Part shown: positions 24,931 through 38,100 of the stretch, one piece after another
How positions within the stretch are numbered: position 1 is the first letter of the stretch
How the letters are laid out: each line of letters opens with the position of its first letter
DNA from: Marsupella aquatica
Taxonomy: Eukaryota; Plantae; Marchantiophyta
Direction: 5' to 3'
NCBI GenBank assembly: GCA_973895155.1
Contig: OZ316895.1
Span: 12,833,363-12,897,362, forward strand
DNA: 64,000 nt
Program-made: the position numbers and the translations under genes
Notes under the pieces: generated by a model
What the model was told of the DNA's origin: nothing
Database searches by the model: none
What the model saw: only the letters and a program-made list of their open reading frames with translations

Positions 24931-26182
24931 TCGTTGTAGTATTGTTGTTACCCCGTGATCATCGTATTCGTTTTGGAGTCTTGGCTGGATTGAATCTTTG
25001 CAGTTAGGTCTGCGGCTGGTGCTACTTCTTCGTCAGGGTGGACAGGTCACAAACAAACGGATCCGGGTTGAATCTTGGCGTGCAAGATTTGCATCCGTAC
25101 TGCCATCGCTCTTTTTAGAGTTGATTTGGTAGGAGGTGTGGTCTGTTCGTGTAAATACGTAGGTTGAACAATTTTTAGTGGTCGGATTGCTGCTTCGATT
25201 GGTATTGCTGCAACTTCGCTCGGAGAGGCGAGGCGAAACGAGGCAAGGGAATCGAGATATAAGGGCCGTTTCTAAAGCTCGCATCATTCATCCTCCCTTC
25301 CCAGGGGCTTCGTCCAGTCACAGCTGCGAGTGAGCGAGCACCTCTTGATCATTGGAGCGTTGTTCTGCTCCTCCGCCTGATTCTCTGCGGCCGTTTCATT
25401 TCGGGTTCGTTTCAATCGGAACGGTCGAGAGCGGAAATAGAAGAGAACGAAAAGAAAGTTGGCTTGTTGCCTCACAGTCTCGTAGGCGAGCGGTCGTTTG
25501 GGGCGGCGACGGGACGGAGGTTTTGGTCATACTATACGTCTGTTACGGCCTTGGGTTGTGGAGGTTTGAAGTTTGGGCGGAGAGTCGCACTGTTTCACTC
25601 AGCATTGCCTATTGATTTGGTCGAGTGTGTACATACTGGACACAGGGGGACGGCCTACGGTTGCCCTTAGGGGGGAGAATTGTTGCGTAGCAGCAACCAT
25701 CTGATCTACCGAGCCGGACGGTTCGGAGGAAGGAGGAGGGATTTGATTTGGGAGGGGAGCTCGTGTTCGTGCATTAGACTTGGGAGATTGTGTTTTCCAT
25801 CTCCATTGTGAGTATTAGGTTTTAGGCAGAAGCAGCGTCGGCCATCATCCCAGAGCCTTCCAGTTTAGGGTGTGGATTTGGTCATTAATTAATCGGGTTG
25901 TCTGAAAGATTGCTCTTACGTTGTGAACTCTTCTAGCCCAAAGGAGGTGGTCGTTTATCTTCATTAAGGTTTCAATTTGGTTATTCTTGAGTGGAATCTG
26001 TAATACGTTCTGATCAGGTTCACCCCGAATTCCTGTCCTTGTAGATTACTCGGCGAATTATCGACAAGTTATTTCACCTAAGATTGTGGGCAGCTCGTGA
26101 ACGTGAGGGTGAGAAGAACTTGTGAAACTACACCGTCATTGCGCAGGCAGGAGTAGTGGATCGGGTACCTGGGGAAAGAGTT

Positions 26183-29100
26183 ATGGATGATTCTTATGGC
26201 AATTATGTGCGTGGACCTCACGGTCGAGCAGGTGGAGCTCCTCATGTGCACGTAAGCGACTCAGGTAGCATGGGCCCATACCAAAATCGGTACCGTCGAG
26301 GAGGTCCTCAACAGCAGCAGCGAAATTCTGCCAATGGTAATGAATCTGGATCATCAATCACTAGGACTTGGCGGGCCACCGGTGTGGCTAGAGCCACTAC
26401 CTCCCCGCCTCGTGAGAGATTGACCGGCTCATCTCCAAGACGTGCTACAAGGCCAGAGCCAAGACAAGGTCTTGTCAGTTCCCGTGGAGGGCGTGGGGCC
26501 TCTACCGCAGGACGAGTAGGGATTGGCAGCAACAGATTCGGAAGGAGCTATGTGGAGGAAGGAGCAAGCCCTGCTGCTGCACATTCACATGATTGTAGAG
26601 GACATTCGGGGGGCGAGATGTGCGACAGAGGTGAGAGTCCACATCGTGGGGATCGACCTAGATGGGCTGTAGCAGAAGCACCAATCGTTATTGGTGGGCA
26701 AAATGAATATGATGTCGAGGAGTCTCGTCAACTGGAGGATTTTTGGACAAATGAGCAGATGTATCCCGAATCCACAAGACGAATGGACTCTAGTTTCTCA
26801 TCCAGTGGTGTGAATGGGAGATTCGGTGGTAGAGGGGAGGATTCGTCCGCGGGGCCACAGCAAGGTAGAGGTTCGAGAAGATATGGGGCAGAAAGAGATA
26901 TGTTCAATGCGTCCCGCACATGTGGGGAAGGGTCTCAAGACGTAAGAGGAGCCGCCAGCCATCATCACAAGGAAGCAGCCATGAGTAGCAGGAGGGAGTG
27001 GATGGGAGGAGGTGGTTCTGGTCGGGGAGAATTCGACATCAGACCGGGAAGTAGTTCTGGAGACAGCGTGACCCCCAATGAGAATATGGGCAGGCCATTT
27101 GCGCATAGAGAAGTGGGAGGGCGTGGGAAACGGGACTATAACTTGGGGAAGGGAGCCGAGGGCTCGTCTGCAGCTGGGCAGGGACGAGGGAGAGATCACA
27201 ATGATCCTTTTCCTCCCCGTGTAGAATCTGACAGCGCGGGAGCGTTATGGAAAGCCAAGAAATCGCTGGTACCACAGCTGGTCCAGGAATTAGAAGAGAA
27301 GCTGACCAGGGGAATTGTTGAGTGCATGATATGTTACGACATGGTGGGGAGAGGTTCTCCAGTATGGTCATGTGCAAGTTGCTACGCGATTTTCCACTTG
27401 TCTTGCATCAGGAAATGGGCAAGGGCCCCCACTTCCGCGGATTTGTCCGTCTCGTCGTCAAACCATTCTTTGGATGGCAATTGGAGGTGCCCTGGCTGCC
27501 AAACTGTGGAATTCATCAGTGCGAAGGATCTTCGTTATTATTGCTTCTGTGGGCAAGTGGAGAATCCATCTGTCGACCACTACATTACTCCTCATTCATG
27601 CGGAGGGCCCTGCAAGAAGGCCCTGGACAAGAGTAAGCTCAAGCGGTGTAACCATTATTGCACAATGCAATGTCACCCGGGACCCTGCCCTCCTTGTGCA
27701 GCCAATGCCCCAAGCGAGTCATGTCCATGCGGAAAGAAGACGTTCACCCGGCGGTGTGGAGAACAGACGGCAATAGGGAGCTGTGGAAATGTCTGTGGAC
27801 GCATGCTCTTGTGTGGGCGTCACTCTTGTTCCCAGATCTGTCACGAGGGACCATGCGAGTCTTGCAACGTGGAGGTCAAAACTCAATGCTTTTGTGGTGT
27901 GAAGCAGGAAATCTTGCTGTGTGGGCGTGTTGAAATGCAAGGAGAGCTTGACTTCGAGAAAGGATTGTTCTCTTGTGCTAGCCCTTGCTCTAGAACGTTG
28001 TCCTGCGGAAATCACAAATGCGAGGAGAAGTGTCACCCTGGAACGTGTGGAGAATGTGAGCTCGCTCCTTCAAAATTACAGACGTGTCCCTGCGGGAAAA
28101 AGAAGCTCCAGGAACTTGTGGGCAACGAGAGAGGCAGGAAAACCTGTCTGGACGCCATTCCCACCTGTTCTCAGGGATGCGGAAAGCTCCTACCGTGTGG
28201 ATTGCATGTATGTCGAGACTTGTGCCATGCAGGTCCCTGTCCACCTTGTAAGGTACCCGTTGATCAGAAGTGTCGCTGTGGTTCCACCACCAGATCGGTG
28301 GCTTGCTACGTTTCGCGGGGAGCCGAAGTGGTAGGCGAGGAGAATGTGGGGCTTTTCCTATGTGAGAAGAAGTGTGGGCAGAAAAAGAGCTGCGGACGAC
28401 ATAGATGTAATAATAGGTGCTGTCCTGCCGTGGGAGATGGGAACCATCGCCTACAGGATGAGCGAGAGCGTGGTCCACACGAATGCTTACTTGCGTGCGG
28501 GAAGAAACTGCGATGCAAGCAGCATTACTGCCAGGACTTGTGCCACTCCGGTCACTGTGCTCCTTGTCTGGAATCCACTTTCACGGAACTTTCTTGCGCG
28601 TGTGGTAAAACCTCAATTCCTCCCCCTGTCCCATGTGGAACTCCTCTCCCATCCTGCCAACTTCCGTGTTCGTTTACTCAGGCATGTGGCCATCCTCCCA
28701 CCCATCTTTGCCACTTTGGTGACTGCCCACCTTGTACAGTTCAAGTGAGCAAAGAATGTGTTGGAAACCATGTTCTTCTGAGGGGAGTTCCTTGTGGATC
28801 GCGAGACATCAAGTGCAACAACCTTTGTGGAAAGACAAGACAGTGTGGGTTGCATGCCTGTGGCCGCGCTTGTCATGTTGCTCCGTGTGATACCCCAGTG
28901 GGGGAGGATAAGGCAACTAACGCAAAGCCAGCGAAACTTTCATGTGGGCAGCAGTGTGGAGCACCTCGCAGGGATTGTTCTCACAAATGTGGTTCTCCTT
29001 GTCATCCATCATCGCTGTGTCCCGACAACCGGTGCAAAATCATGGTGAAAATTACTTGCGGTTGTGGGCGAATGTCAGGGGAAGTTCCATGTGATGCAGG

Positions 29101-30373
29101 GGGTAGTAGCCACAGCCGAGCCACAGCAGAGACTGAGATGTTACTAAGTAGACTACCAGCTCCACTGCAGCCAATTAATGGAAACGAGAAAATCCCTCTT
29201 GGTCAAAGGAAACTCCAATGTGATGATGAGTGTGGCAAGCTGGAGAAGCGACGCCTTCTTGCCGATGCTTTTGGTGTGGAGTACCATGGTGATGGTCACT
29301 TAGGTGGAGACAATGGGGTTCTGGGCTCTGATATGTTGGCTGAGATGCTCCGCAGAGATCCTCAATGGGTTCTCTCTGTCGAAGAGCGGTTCAAAAGTTT
29401 GCTCCTGGGTCCGAAGGGTTCAGGTGGCATCAAGGTGCATGTCTTCTGTGCTATGCCTAAGGAGAAGAGAGACATAATTTCCCAACTTGCAGAGAGATGG
29501 TCTCTGTCAGTCAGCAATTCTGGTAGGGAACCGCGACGATTTCCGATAGTTCACGTGACAAATAAGTCAAAGGTCCCTTACTTGAAGTTGATTTCAAAGA
29601 CTCCGCTTCCGACCTCTGGACAGCAAATACCGCCACCATTCAACCCTGCTGTGGATATGGAGCCAGGACTGGTGGTTGCCTTTTTTGATGTACCACGAGA
29701 GGTTGACATGAGCAGCCTGGTGCTTAGGTTTGCGGGAGAGTGTGAGCTTGTCTGGTTGAATGACAAGAATGCCTTGGCTATCTTTGGAGATGCAGCCAGG
29801 GCTGCTACAGCTTTGAGACGGGTGGACCATACTTCAGCCTATAAAGGTGCAATCTCTCTGCCTGGTTCTGCTATTCACTCTTCCAGTAGAGTTGGCGCGG
29901 CCTGGGGGCCAGCAGTAGGTGGTGCCTATGGTGCTAAACCCGTTGCGAGGAAGAAAGCTGTTCAGAATGAGTCTAGTGATTGGGTAGAAGATGCTTGGGG
30001 GGTAGAGGGTAAGAAGGCTGCTGGGGCTTGGCAAAGCAAAGGCTCAAATCCTATTACCGCAACAAAAAATCCCTGGGGAGCCTTGGAGCAAATCAAGCCA
30101 AGAGTAAATGAGGTGGGGATCAAGGGCTGTTTTGTCACTGGTCAGTCCTCATCTTTTGTCCCTGCCAAAGATGGGGAGAGTAGTGCTCAGGGAGAGAGAG
30201 CTAAGTTTGTCAGGCCTACCAACACAGCAGATGCCGATAAGCAGGTTGGAACTTTGAAGGAGGTCTCGCAGTTGGGTGTCGGTTCCCTGTCCAAGAGTGC
30301 TACATCCAGTGGTTCCAATGCCGCAGTAGTCGACAGCACTGATTATGACGATTGGGAAAAATTACTCGATTAA
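26183..30373 (+). CDS. NFXL1: NF-X1-type zinc finger protein NFXL1-like (RING/PHD-like finger, tandem NF-X1 fingers, R3H-like and RRM-like C-terminus), single coding exon, 1,396 aa from the first ATG
   Basis: VECMICYDMVGR..VWSC..CYAIFHLSCIRKWARAPTS, WRCPGCQ, repeated CGxHxCxxxCHxGPCxPC fingers, VHVFCAMPKEKRD, RFAGECELVWLNDKNALAIFGD. The ORF-track start at 26156 is a GTG. Confidence 0.96.
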   Translation: MDDSYGNYVRGPHGRAGGAPHVHVSDSGSMGPYQNRYRRGGPQQQQRNSANGNESGSSITRTWRATGVARATTSPPRERLTGSSPRRATRPEPRQGLVSSRGGRGASTAGRVGIGSNRFGRSYVEEGASPAAAHSHDCRGHSGGEMCDRGESPHRGDRPRWAVAEAPIVIGGQNEYDVEESRQLEDFWTNEQMYPESTRRMDSSFSSSGVNGRFGGRGEDSSAGPQQGRGSRRYGAERDMFNASRTCGEGSQDVRGAASHHHKEAAMSSRREWMGGGGSGRGEFDIRPGSSSGDSVTPNENMGRPFAHREVGGRGKRDYNLGKGAEGSSAAGQGRGRDHNDPFPPRVESDSAGALWKAKKSLVPQLVQELEEKLTRGIVECMICYDMVGRGSPVWSCASCYAIFHLSCIRKWARAPTSADLSVSSSNHSLDGNWRCPGCQTVEFISAKDLRYYCFCGQVENPSVDHYITPHSCGGPCKKALDKSKLKRCNHYCTMQCHPGPCPPCAANAPSESCPCGKKTFTRRCGEQTAIGSCGNVCGRMLLCGRHSCSQICHEGPCESCNVEVKTQCFCGVKQEILLCGRVEMQGELDFEKGLFSCASPCSRTLSCGNHKCEEKCHPGTCGECELAPSKLQTCPCGKKKLQELVGNERGRKTCLDAIPTCSQGCGKLLPCGLHVCRDLCHAGPCPPCKVPVDQKCRCGSTTRSVACYVSRGAEVVGEENVGLFLCEKKCGQKKSCGRHRCNNRCCPAVGDGNHRLQDERERGPHECLLACGKKLRCKQHYCQDLCHSGHCAPCLESTFTELSCACGKTSIPPPVPCGTPLPSCQLPCSFTQACGHPPTHLCHFGDCPPCTVQVSKECVGNHVLLRGVPCGSRDIKCNNLCGKTRQCGLHACGRACHVAPCDTPVGEDKATNAKPAKLSCGQQCGAPRRDCSHKCGSPCHPSSLCPDNRCKIMVKITCGCGRMSGEVPCDAGGSSHSRATAETEMLLSRLPAPLQPINGNEKIPLGQRKLQCDDECGKLEKRRLLADAFGVEYHGDGHLGGDNGVLGSDMLAEMLRRDPQWVLSVEERFKSLLLGPKGSGGIKVHVFCAMPKEKRDIISQLAERWSLSVSNSGREPRRFPIVHVTNKSKVPYLKLISKTPLPTSGQQIPPPFNPAVDMEPGLVVAFFDVPREVDMSSLVLRFAGECELVWLNDKNALAIFGDAARAATALRRVDHTSAYKGAISLPGSAIHSSSRVGAAWGPAVGGAYGAKPVARKKAVQNESSDWVEDAWGVEGKKAAGAWQSKGSNPITATKNPWGALEQIKPRVNEVGIKGCFVTGQSSSFVPAKDGESSAQGERAKFVRPTNTADADKQVGTLKEVSQLGVGSLSKSATSSGSNAAVVDSTDYDDWEKLLD

Positions 30374-32136
30374 GCGAACCTTATTTTTCACCCACAAAAT
30401 TTTGCGTAGCTTAGTAGCCATGTTCACCTGTAAAGATCGTTATGCTATGCCAAGCTAAGGAAGAAAAAAATTCTGTTGATGCTCAGGTCTCTTCAAGAAA
30501 GAGGCACGGCAACCTTTTCCCACATCTTGAGTGTAGATTGCTCTGCTAGCCTCATGTCAATGTCTTCTTGAATGGGGCTTAGCGTCGGCAACCATTCCCT
30601 TGTGTATTTTTGATCTGCTGACCGAAATTTCAAGTTGTCTCGGAATGTGCTCCTACTTCGTCTATCCCCAAGCTGTGATATTTCTCTTGCATGGCATAGA
30701 TGTGTGTACGTGATCCAATGAGTTGAGAATCTGAATTGGTCCGAAGGTACCCGATCATAATTCAAGAAACCAGCTGTCCTGGTTAATGTCAATTGTTGGC
30801 CATCATGTCATTCACTATTTCTGACAGTTATATAAGGTTTGTGGTTCAGCTCTTCAATGCAACTACTTGAGTTGTTTGTGGCCCTTGGACTGGACTAAGA
30901 AAAGAGTTCGCAAATCGTTGGTTACACACTGGCGTCAGGAAATGAGAGGATTCAACCAGCAGTCCAAAGTACAGGACGGAGAGGACAATTCTTTATCTCT
31001 TAAAAACGATGAAGACTCCTTCGTTGAGGAGGGCCACAAACTTAGCAAAGAAATTCGGACATCCAATTTGAAAGGCTGCAAACCTCAGCAATCTCCTGTG
31101 CGAGCCGCTCCCTCCAAGACAGGTGTAGAGAAGGAACCAGGCAAATCAATCGGTGATCACAGCCTTCGGCTCCCCAGGAAGAACAAACTGGCTCAAATGA
31201 GAGCAGAGTTTTGGGGTAGATTAGAATCTAGGTGAAGCTTGTAAATGTTATGTCATGTTGGGCCCCGGGCGAGTCTTATCCGAAGTGATGGAATAACAAA
31301 AGAATTTCGCGAAGGCAGAGAGCTGCCGAAAGCTGTGGAAAAAGCTATCATCTCATAATCATGAGAATGGCGCAATTACTTGAATACATCGCAACCACCA
31401 CTTTTTTGTCATAAGGTGTGACATTGCATGAGAATGTAGTTTTAGGATTCCCATACAAATGCCCAGCAGTGTATGACAATGAATTGAAAGAGCTGGATGC
31501 AAGGCTGGAAACAAATTCACTGTTTCTGCTTTCCTCCCTTTGCGCGTTCACACATTGCTCGCAAATGCTAGCAGCGGACCTGAGTTAGGACAGGTAGTTG
31601 GAAAGGTCTGTTTAAGTTGGGCAAATAAGGCCCAACTTGTACTTTTATTGTAGATCCGAGAGTTTGTTTGAATTAAATAAGAACTGAACAGTCACTGATA
31701 TCGCAAACCTCGCTGAATGATATTCTCCAAATAATCGGCGCAGAAAAGACGCTTGGTAAGAAGCAGAGAATAGTCACTCATTTTGCAAACCCCACTGAAT
31801 AATATTCTCAAACCCCACAGAGTAGACGCTTAGTGCAGAGAGCGCATGGGAGAGCAGGGCAATGCATTCACTATATGTTTTAAGTGTCAGGAAAGAAGTT
31901 CCGCAAGTGTTCAGGAAAAAACTAATTAAATACGCAAGATCGAAGCCCGATTGACATTAATAGAAACAGCGTATATGCAAGATACAAATCCAATTTACAG
32001 GAGAAAGAGCGTCAGCGCACTGTAACGTTTCAGTGTAGCGCCAACCGGAAACTCGAGCCCTGATACGTGCATTTCTATTACTAGTCGGGAACAAAGCTCT
32101 TAGTGACTTCTCTTGCAGTGATATAGTAGCAGTGCT

Positions 32137-35100
32137 CTATGGCAAGGTTTGGTATCGATTACTACTATTGGATCTTAAGATATAGGAGCCGGATGATGGA
32201 GCAATAGGACTGTGAAGAGTGAAAGTTTTCTCTAACTCTATGGCTTCTCTTATACCCCTCACAACTTGTGTGAAATCTGGTCTCGTGACTCCTTCTGGGT
32301 CGATGCATGAGAGTGTTATATCTGCCATCCTCCACATGGACTCTCGGTTGAAAGCTCCTTGCAGTTTGGGATCAGCCAGTGCCTCTATATCGTTAGTGTC
32401 CACCAATTTTCGCACCTGTCACCATCCCAATTGGTTTGATGAATTGATTATCAAGAGAGCTTTGATATTGGTCTCCTTGTTGGCATATCAATCGGGCAAC
32501 CCAATTCAACCTTACAGAATCCATACATGACCTGCCTCGTTATAAATTCAGCTAGTAGTTTATCCAACACGTCAATTCTTTCTCTTTCTATAGGACTCTT
32601 GGAGCAGGTCATCTCCAATCAACCCTCTCCTTTTCCTAAAAGCAGGACGACGGCCTAGAGGTGCGTCTTATGTACTTGAGAATTCAGGTTTTGCAATATT
32701 TGAGCTCGAATGAATTTTCTAGTTGCGGATAGTTTCTTTCATTTGGTACCAATAGCTATACCAATTGATGCAACAAGAATGATGGGCGAACAGGAATTTG
32801 GCCTACCCGCTCCACGAGAACAATTGGTGGGCCTCCAGCCTGCATGATGTAAGGTGGAAGCCCAGTAAGGATTTCCGCTAGAACGACACCGTAGCTGTAC
32901 ACATCGCTTTTGTGAGTTAACCTTCCAAGGTGGTGGTATCTGAGAGACAGAGCAACCGGCTAGAGGTTAGGAAAAGGCTCAGATATTTAACTTTACATTC
33001 TACAATACTTCTAACTTCGAGCATGAAAGTTGTAAGCACAGAAAGCATCTATGAGCTCATGAAACTTTGAGCCAATATTATTCGCTATCATAGCCAGTAT
33101 AAGCCAACGATTGAGATCGGTATACCCTTGCTAAAGGCAAGAGGCAACGACTCACAGCCTAAATTTGGTCTACTCTGGTCTTGAGAAATTCACAAATCTT
33201 CTTCACATTCAAAGAAAAACAAAATGCAAAGACTTCTTGGAAAGTGTTGAATACTTGGGTTTAAGTTTAAATGTATATACGTTTTCAACTCGGCATTGTG
33301 GGCGGTAATGTCCCGAAAAAGGGGGCTTTGGCCCGCAAGTTTTGAGGGATCATTTTTGCCCATGAGGAGTTGATACACTTTAATCCATTTACTCCTATTT
33401 TCGGTTCTTTTTCTCCTTTCTTCACTTTTGAAGACACGAATTTCATGCAGATTGAAAATTTTCCCCTTTACCAAGAGACAAGTAGAGGACAAATCTTAAA
33501 ATGTCCTTGCACACCTGTGATGGGCATTCTCTTCCATAAGGTATAAAAAGATAGAAATAGAAAAATCTTGAAGGGATTTTAGTGTCTACTTGGTGCCAGT
33601 GTACCGTGATTCAGTACCCACAAAAACTTACAAAGAGAGAATTCATTTCTCGTGTATCTACATTTTCTTGAATAATCAAAGGAGTCGGGGTATTTGTTTA
33701 AATCAACATGCATGCAATATAGACTGCCAAATCATTTCCTGAGAAATAGACAAATTGGGGTTAGGGCGAGTGAGACATACTCAGGATCAACATAGCCTGG
33801 GGTACCCTTCACAAACGTAGTGTACCCGGTAGTGGTCTCACCAGGCGTTGATTTTGACAGTCCAAAATCACAGACCTTTGCGTTCATGGCGCTATCGAGT
33901 AAAATGTTGCTCGACTTCACGTCACGATGAATGATGGTTGGCTCACACCCTTTGTGTAGGTACTCGAGCCCTACGTTGCAGCAGGCAAGATTAGATGATC
34001 GAAACCACTCTCAGTGAAAACTGCATCTGATTGCTGATTAATTTGCAGCAGAAGCAACAACTTAACAAAGGCCCTGGGTCACCAATGTATGTAAACTAAC
34101 GGAACTAATCTGTGAACAATACTCTCCTTACTATCCCATATCACTTTTTCCCAATAAAAATTCACTTGTGACTGATAATAAAAGGAAAATATGGATTTGA
34201 AATACTCTTCCGCTTCGTTTCGCACGTTCTCACCGAATTAAACTACCTACCTGAGGACCCAGGGAACCAAAGTGCGATTACAGGTACCTTTTGCTCCATC
34301 AATGGCAATCTGAAGCCTCCTTTTCCAATCGAGTGTAGGTAGATTTTCCCCATCATCTATGTCAAAACAGATAAACATTCGATGTGGTTAATGCAAACAC
34401 ATAAACATTCGACGTAGTATAATGCAGGTACAGTAGAGATTTCAAATCCAGCATCGATATAGTTATATATGGACGCTTGTATGGTCACGTCCTTTTAAAA
34501 TTCACAATTGGATCAGCACGAATGCATGCATCTGGCAGCATGACGTCCCTGGGAGGCAAGAGAACTGGAGCCAACAACAGTACTTTCTCGTATGAAGCTA
34601 AGTTTCGTCAGTCGAATCGGCCATTTACTTTCCGAAGTATGAATCTCAATAGGGACAAGCGTAGCAATATATGCACTCACTAACAGCATATTATGGAGTG
34701 TAACACGGAAGAGTAGGCTCTCTAGCTATTTCCTACACAAGGATTACTCGAAGGTCCAGTTGTTCACTTACTATGTAGCCATGCTTGGAGTGTTCCATTA
34801 ACTTCAAACTCATAAATAAGAATGAGCTTGTTTCCTTCATTGCAGTAAGCAATGAGTGATACCAAGTTTCTGTGATGCACTCTTGTGAGAATATCAACCT
34901 GCGCCCATTGGAAAATTCTTATGCTATAAACAGATATTTAGCTAAAGTCATAATAACGCCTGCAATATTCTTGCCAAAGAAACTCATACAGGCTAGCCCA
35001 AGAGATGTGAAAGTCAATCCGAGATGCTTGAATTGATCTACAGAATCCGACATCTTCATCTTTTGAAACTAACCCGCAAACTACCCCTCATGTTTTACGA

Positions 35101-38100
35101 AGTGTGTTTTGACTCTTCGTATTCCATGTTAACAATTGATTTTGGAAACCAAACTTCAATTGCAATGTTTTCAAATTGTCTTCTCTTTAATTACTTATTA
35201 AACAAATTCCACATTAATTTTTTTTTACAAGAGTTACTGTGCTGCAGTTTACTCAATGGCGAGGCAACACAAGTTGGTCATGTCAGCAAATAGCCTATTC
35301 CGTCGTATGACTTTAAACACAAACCTCAGTGATGAACTCATCATGACCTTGATCGGATTGAATGCTGTTGATTTTGACAGCCACTTCTGTGTTGTTAAGC
35401 AATCCATGGTACACCGTCCCAAACGATCCTTGCCCGATTTTCACTTTAAAATTATCTGTCGCAACTTTCACTGTCTCATAAGAAACTTGTCCGACTTCTG
35501 TAGATAGTTTCACTACTGGACCTTTGGTTGGAAGATGATCAACATTTGTAGCATACGGGTTGACTTGCTGCAACGACAATGCTGATATCGATGCTGTTTG
35601 CTTTGCTGTAAACAAGCTCAACATTGGAGGGGATACTTGTTAAGATCACTAGTCATAAGATTCAGGAACGCACGAAATGTTCAACATCACAAAGAAAAAC
35701 CAATGACAAGACAAACTGGTGAAGATACAAACATCTAGTACAAAAAGATTAAGCTGATAGAAATCAAAGGGCTCACCTGGAAATCCAAGTTCGACCTTAT
35801 CACCGTGCTCTTTTAGGACCTTCTTCCTTTTTGTGGAGCAAAGGTAGCGTATCAGTATGACAAGTACAACAAGTCCAACAAGCCCACCAGCTATACCAGC
35901 AATGATCCCAACATTAGTGGACTTCTTCGTTGTGGTTGTGGTTGGGGTTGAGTTGGGTGAGGAAGAAGGGGAGACTCCACCCAACAAACCATTGCCAGAA
36001 TAGCTGCAAATAACAGGAAAAATGCATTAGTACTTGATCTATGGAGGCTACGCAACCGACCCAGCGGCGTAATTTCTTCCGCTAACAGTGGGTCAACACA
36101 GCTGCTAATAAAATAGCACAAAGATATTAGTCAGGGTCTTCCTATTTACTTACGGGTAGCATTTTATCTATAGGCTAACGCGCCTTTGGAATACTTCCTC
36201 CCTTGATTCCAACTTCAAGCAAATACACAGTCACAGAAATGTTCTGAAAAGCATTCACTGTAGAGTTACACTCCCTCAAAAGCCATAAGCATGATACCTT
36301 GTAGCGTTTTTATGACTGAATCAAAAGCTTTTAGTATGGCATATACTTTTAGTTTCAAATGTCCAAGAGAACTGAAGCCAATCTCTCCCAATTCATTGAA
36401 GAAATGAAAAGAAGGATACTGCATAGTGAAATGTGGTAACATAGCAAAAACATTAATTCAATTGAATGTTGTGGAGGTGATGGTACATACTAAAATTTTG
36501 TCCCCAACTTTGTTATAAGATCCGACGGTATGGTCCCCGACAGGTCGTTGTCCTTTAGAGAGCTAGGAAACAACATCAACAGTCAGGAAAATAATTCTCG
36601 CTCTTACTACTATGGATTCGAACGTAATCCCTCACAATTTTTCGCCTTGCAATTACGTTCATAATTTGTCCAAAGTAAAAGTGGTCTCAAACGTTGGCAC
36701 TGACAGTACTCTGTAAGTAGCAGAACTCAGGAATGAACTTACAGAAAAGTCAGATGTGGGAGGAGTGCCAAAGAATCCGGGATGGTTCCATACAAGTGAT
36801 TATTGTCGAGATGACTGCAAAATTATCCGAAAATATCAAGAAGGTGAACCTCCTCCAAAGTTGCAATTTGTCTTGCTTTAATTGGGAAATAAGAGTAACA
36901 AATAGCTACAAGCATTATTCGAGTTTACTTCCAGTTAGAAATACTTTCTAGGCCTAACTGCCATTTCGTAAGTGAGCGTTGAATGCAATTAACTACGGGA
37001 GATTTGAAACCTGTGGCTCCTCTGCAACAGAAAATATCGAATATGATAACCTGAAGCCTCTAACCGATGACAACAGTTCACAAAAATGATACAACATAGA
37101 TTTTATGTTGTAAGAACAATAGGTAACATTCAACAATTTCCCACACATACATGAGATAAGCCCTGCATTAGGAAACGAAGATTCAGCAAAGACATTACAG
37201 TCATTTTCCTAAAATCGGCTCAAAGCAGTTCCCTGCAGAGTGCAGCAAGCAGCGATTGATGAACGCAATAATTTGATTACTTACATTTGTGTCAATGCGT
37301 CAAGGTTTGATATGGATGGAGGGATGGTAGCTTTGAGGCCCACACTTGACAGCAATCTGCAAACCAAAGTGAGCTCGTCAAATGGGACGTAGCAGGTCAC
37401 GACATGATATCCTATGCTTTCAGAATTTAGACTTGGTTTGCAAGAATACAATTTCAATTTTGGGCGTAGCTAGAGCTACCATTTCCTTGTACCTACAGAC
37501 TCCTCGTAATCACATGAGTTACTTTTCCAGTCAACAAGGCTGCTACAGCTAAGTTTGGCTTCTCGTGCTCCTTGTTAAGTTCTTAAAAGTACTGTAGTTA
37601 AATATATTGGAAACCTCCACGTGCCCTCTCGCACGAACGAACGCTCGAGAACACATCAAATACTTTATTTAAAATAAATAAACACAATTGATCCGGAGCC
37701 TAAGTGGCCTCGTCAATGAAATTCCATCGTATTAAATTGGACTCTTTGCCATGACAGCCAATTACCGATAGACCACACTACGAGAAGTGTATAGTTGATT
37801 GAATGGCTGAAATTAAGTCCAAATGTAGGACGCTGGATTAACTTTCAAGTACTTTCCGTTATCATGATCGTTGTTTGATTTAAGATATTTGGCCCAATAT
37901 ATATGAGCTCTGGAATGAACATGATGTCTTATATTCGCTGTGTTGCTAAACGGATTAATCCATTTTCAAGGAAAGGACTTACAGTGTATCCACTCTTGCC
38001 TGCGTATCTGCTGTACAACCCACCCAGTCCCATGGGACTGGGTAGCACGGGTCGCCTTGCCAATCTGTCAAATTGAAGCTCACCTGCAAAGATGCTAGCG

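Noticed and set aside
26308-30034. Short antisense and alternative-frame ORFs within NFXL1 (and similarly within the RT, RLK and SRS2 exons)
   Set aside because: Shadow ORFs of real coding sequence with no independent signal.
30867-31235. 122-aa ORF downstream of NFXL1
   Set aside because: TTG start, no recognisable domain; likely 3' UTR or intergenic sequence.
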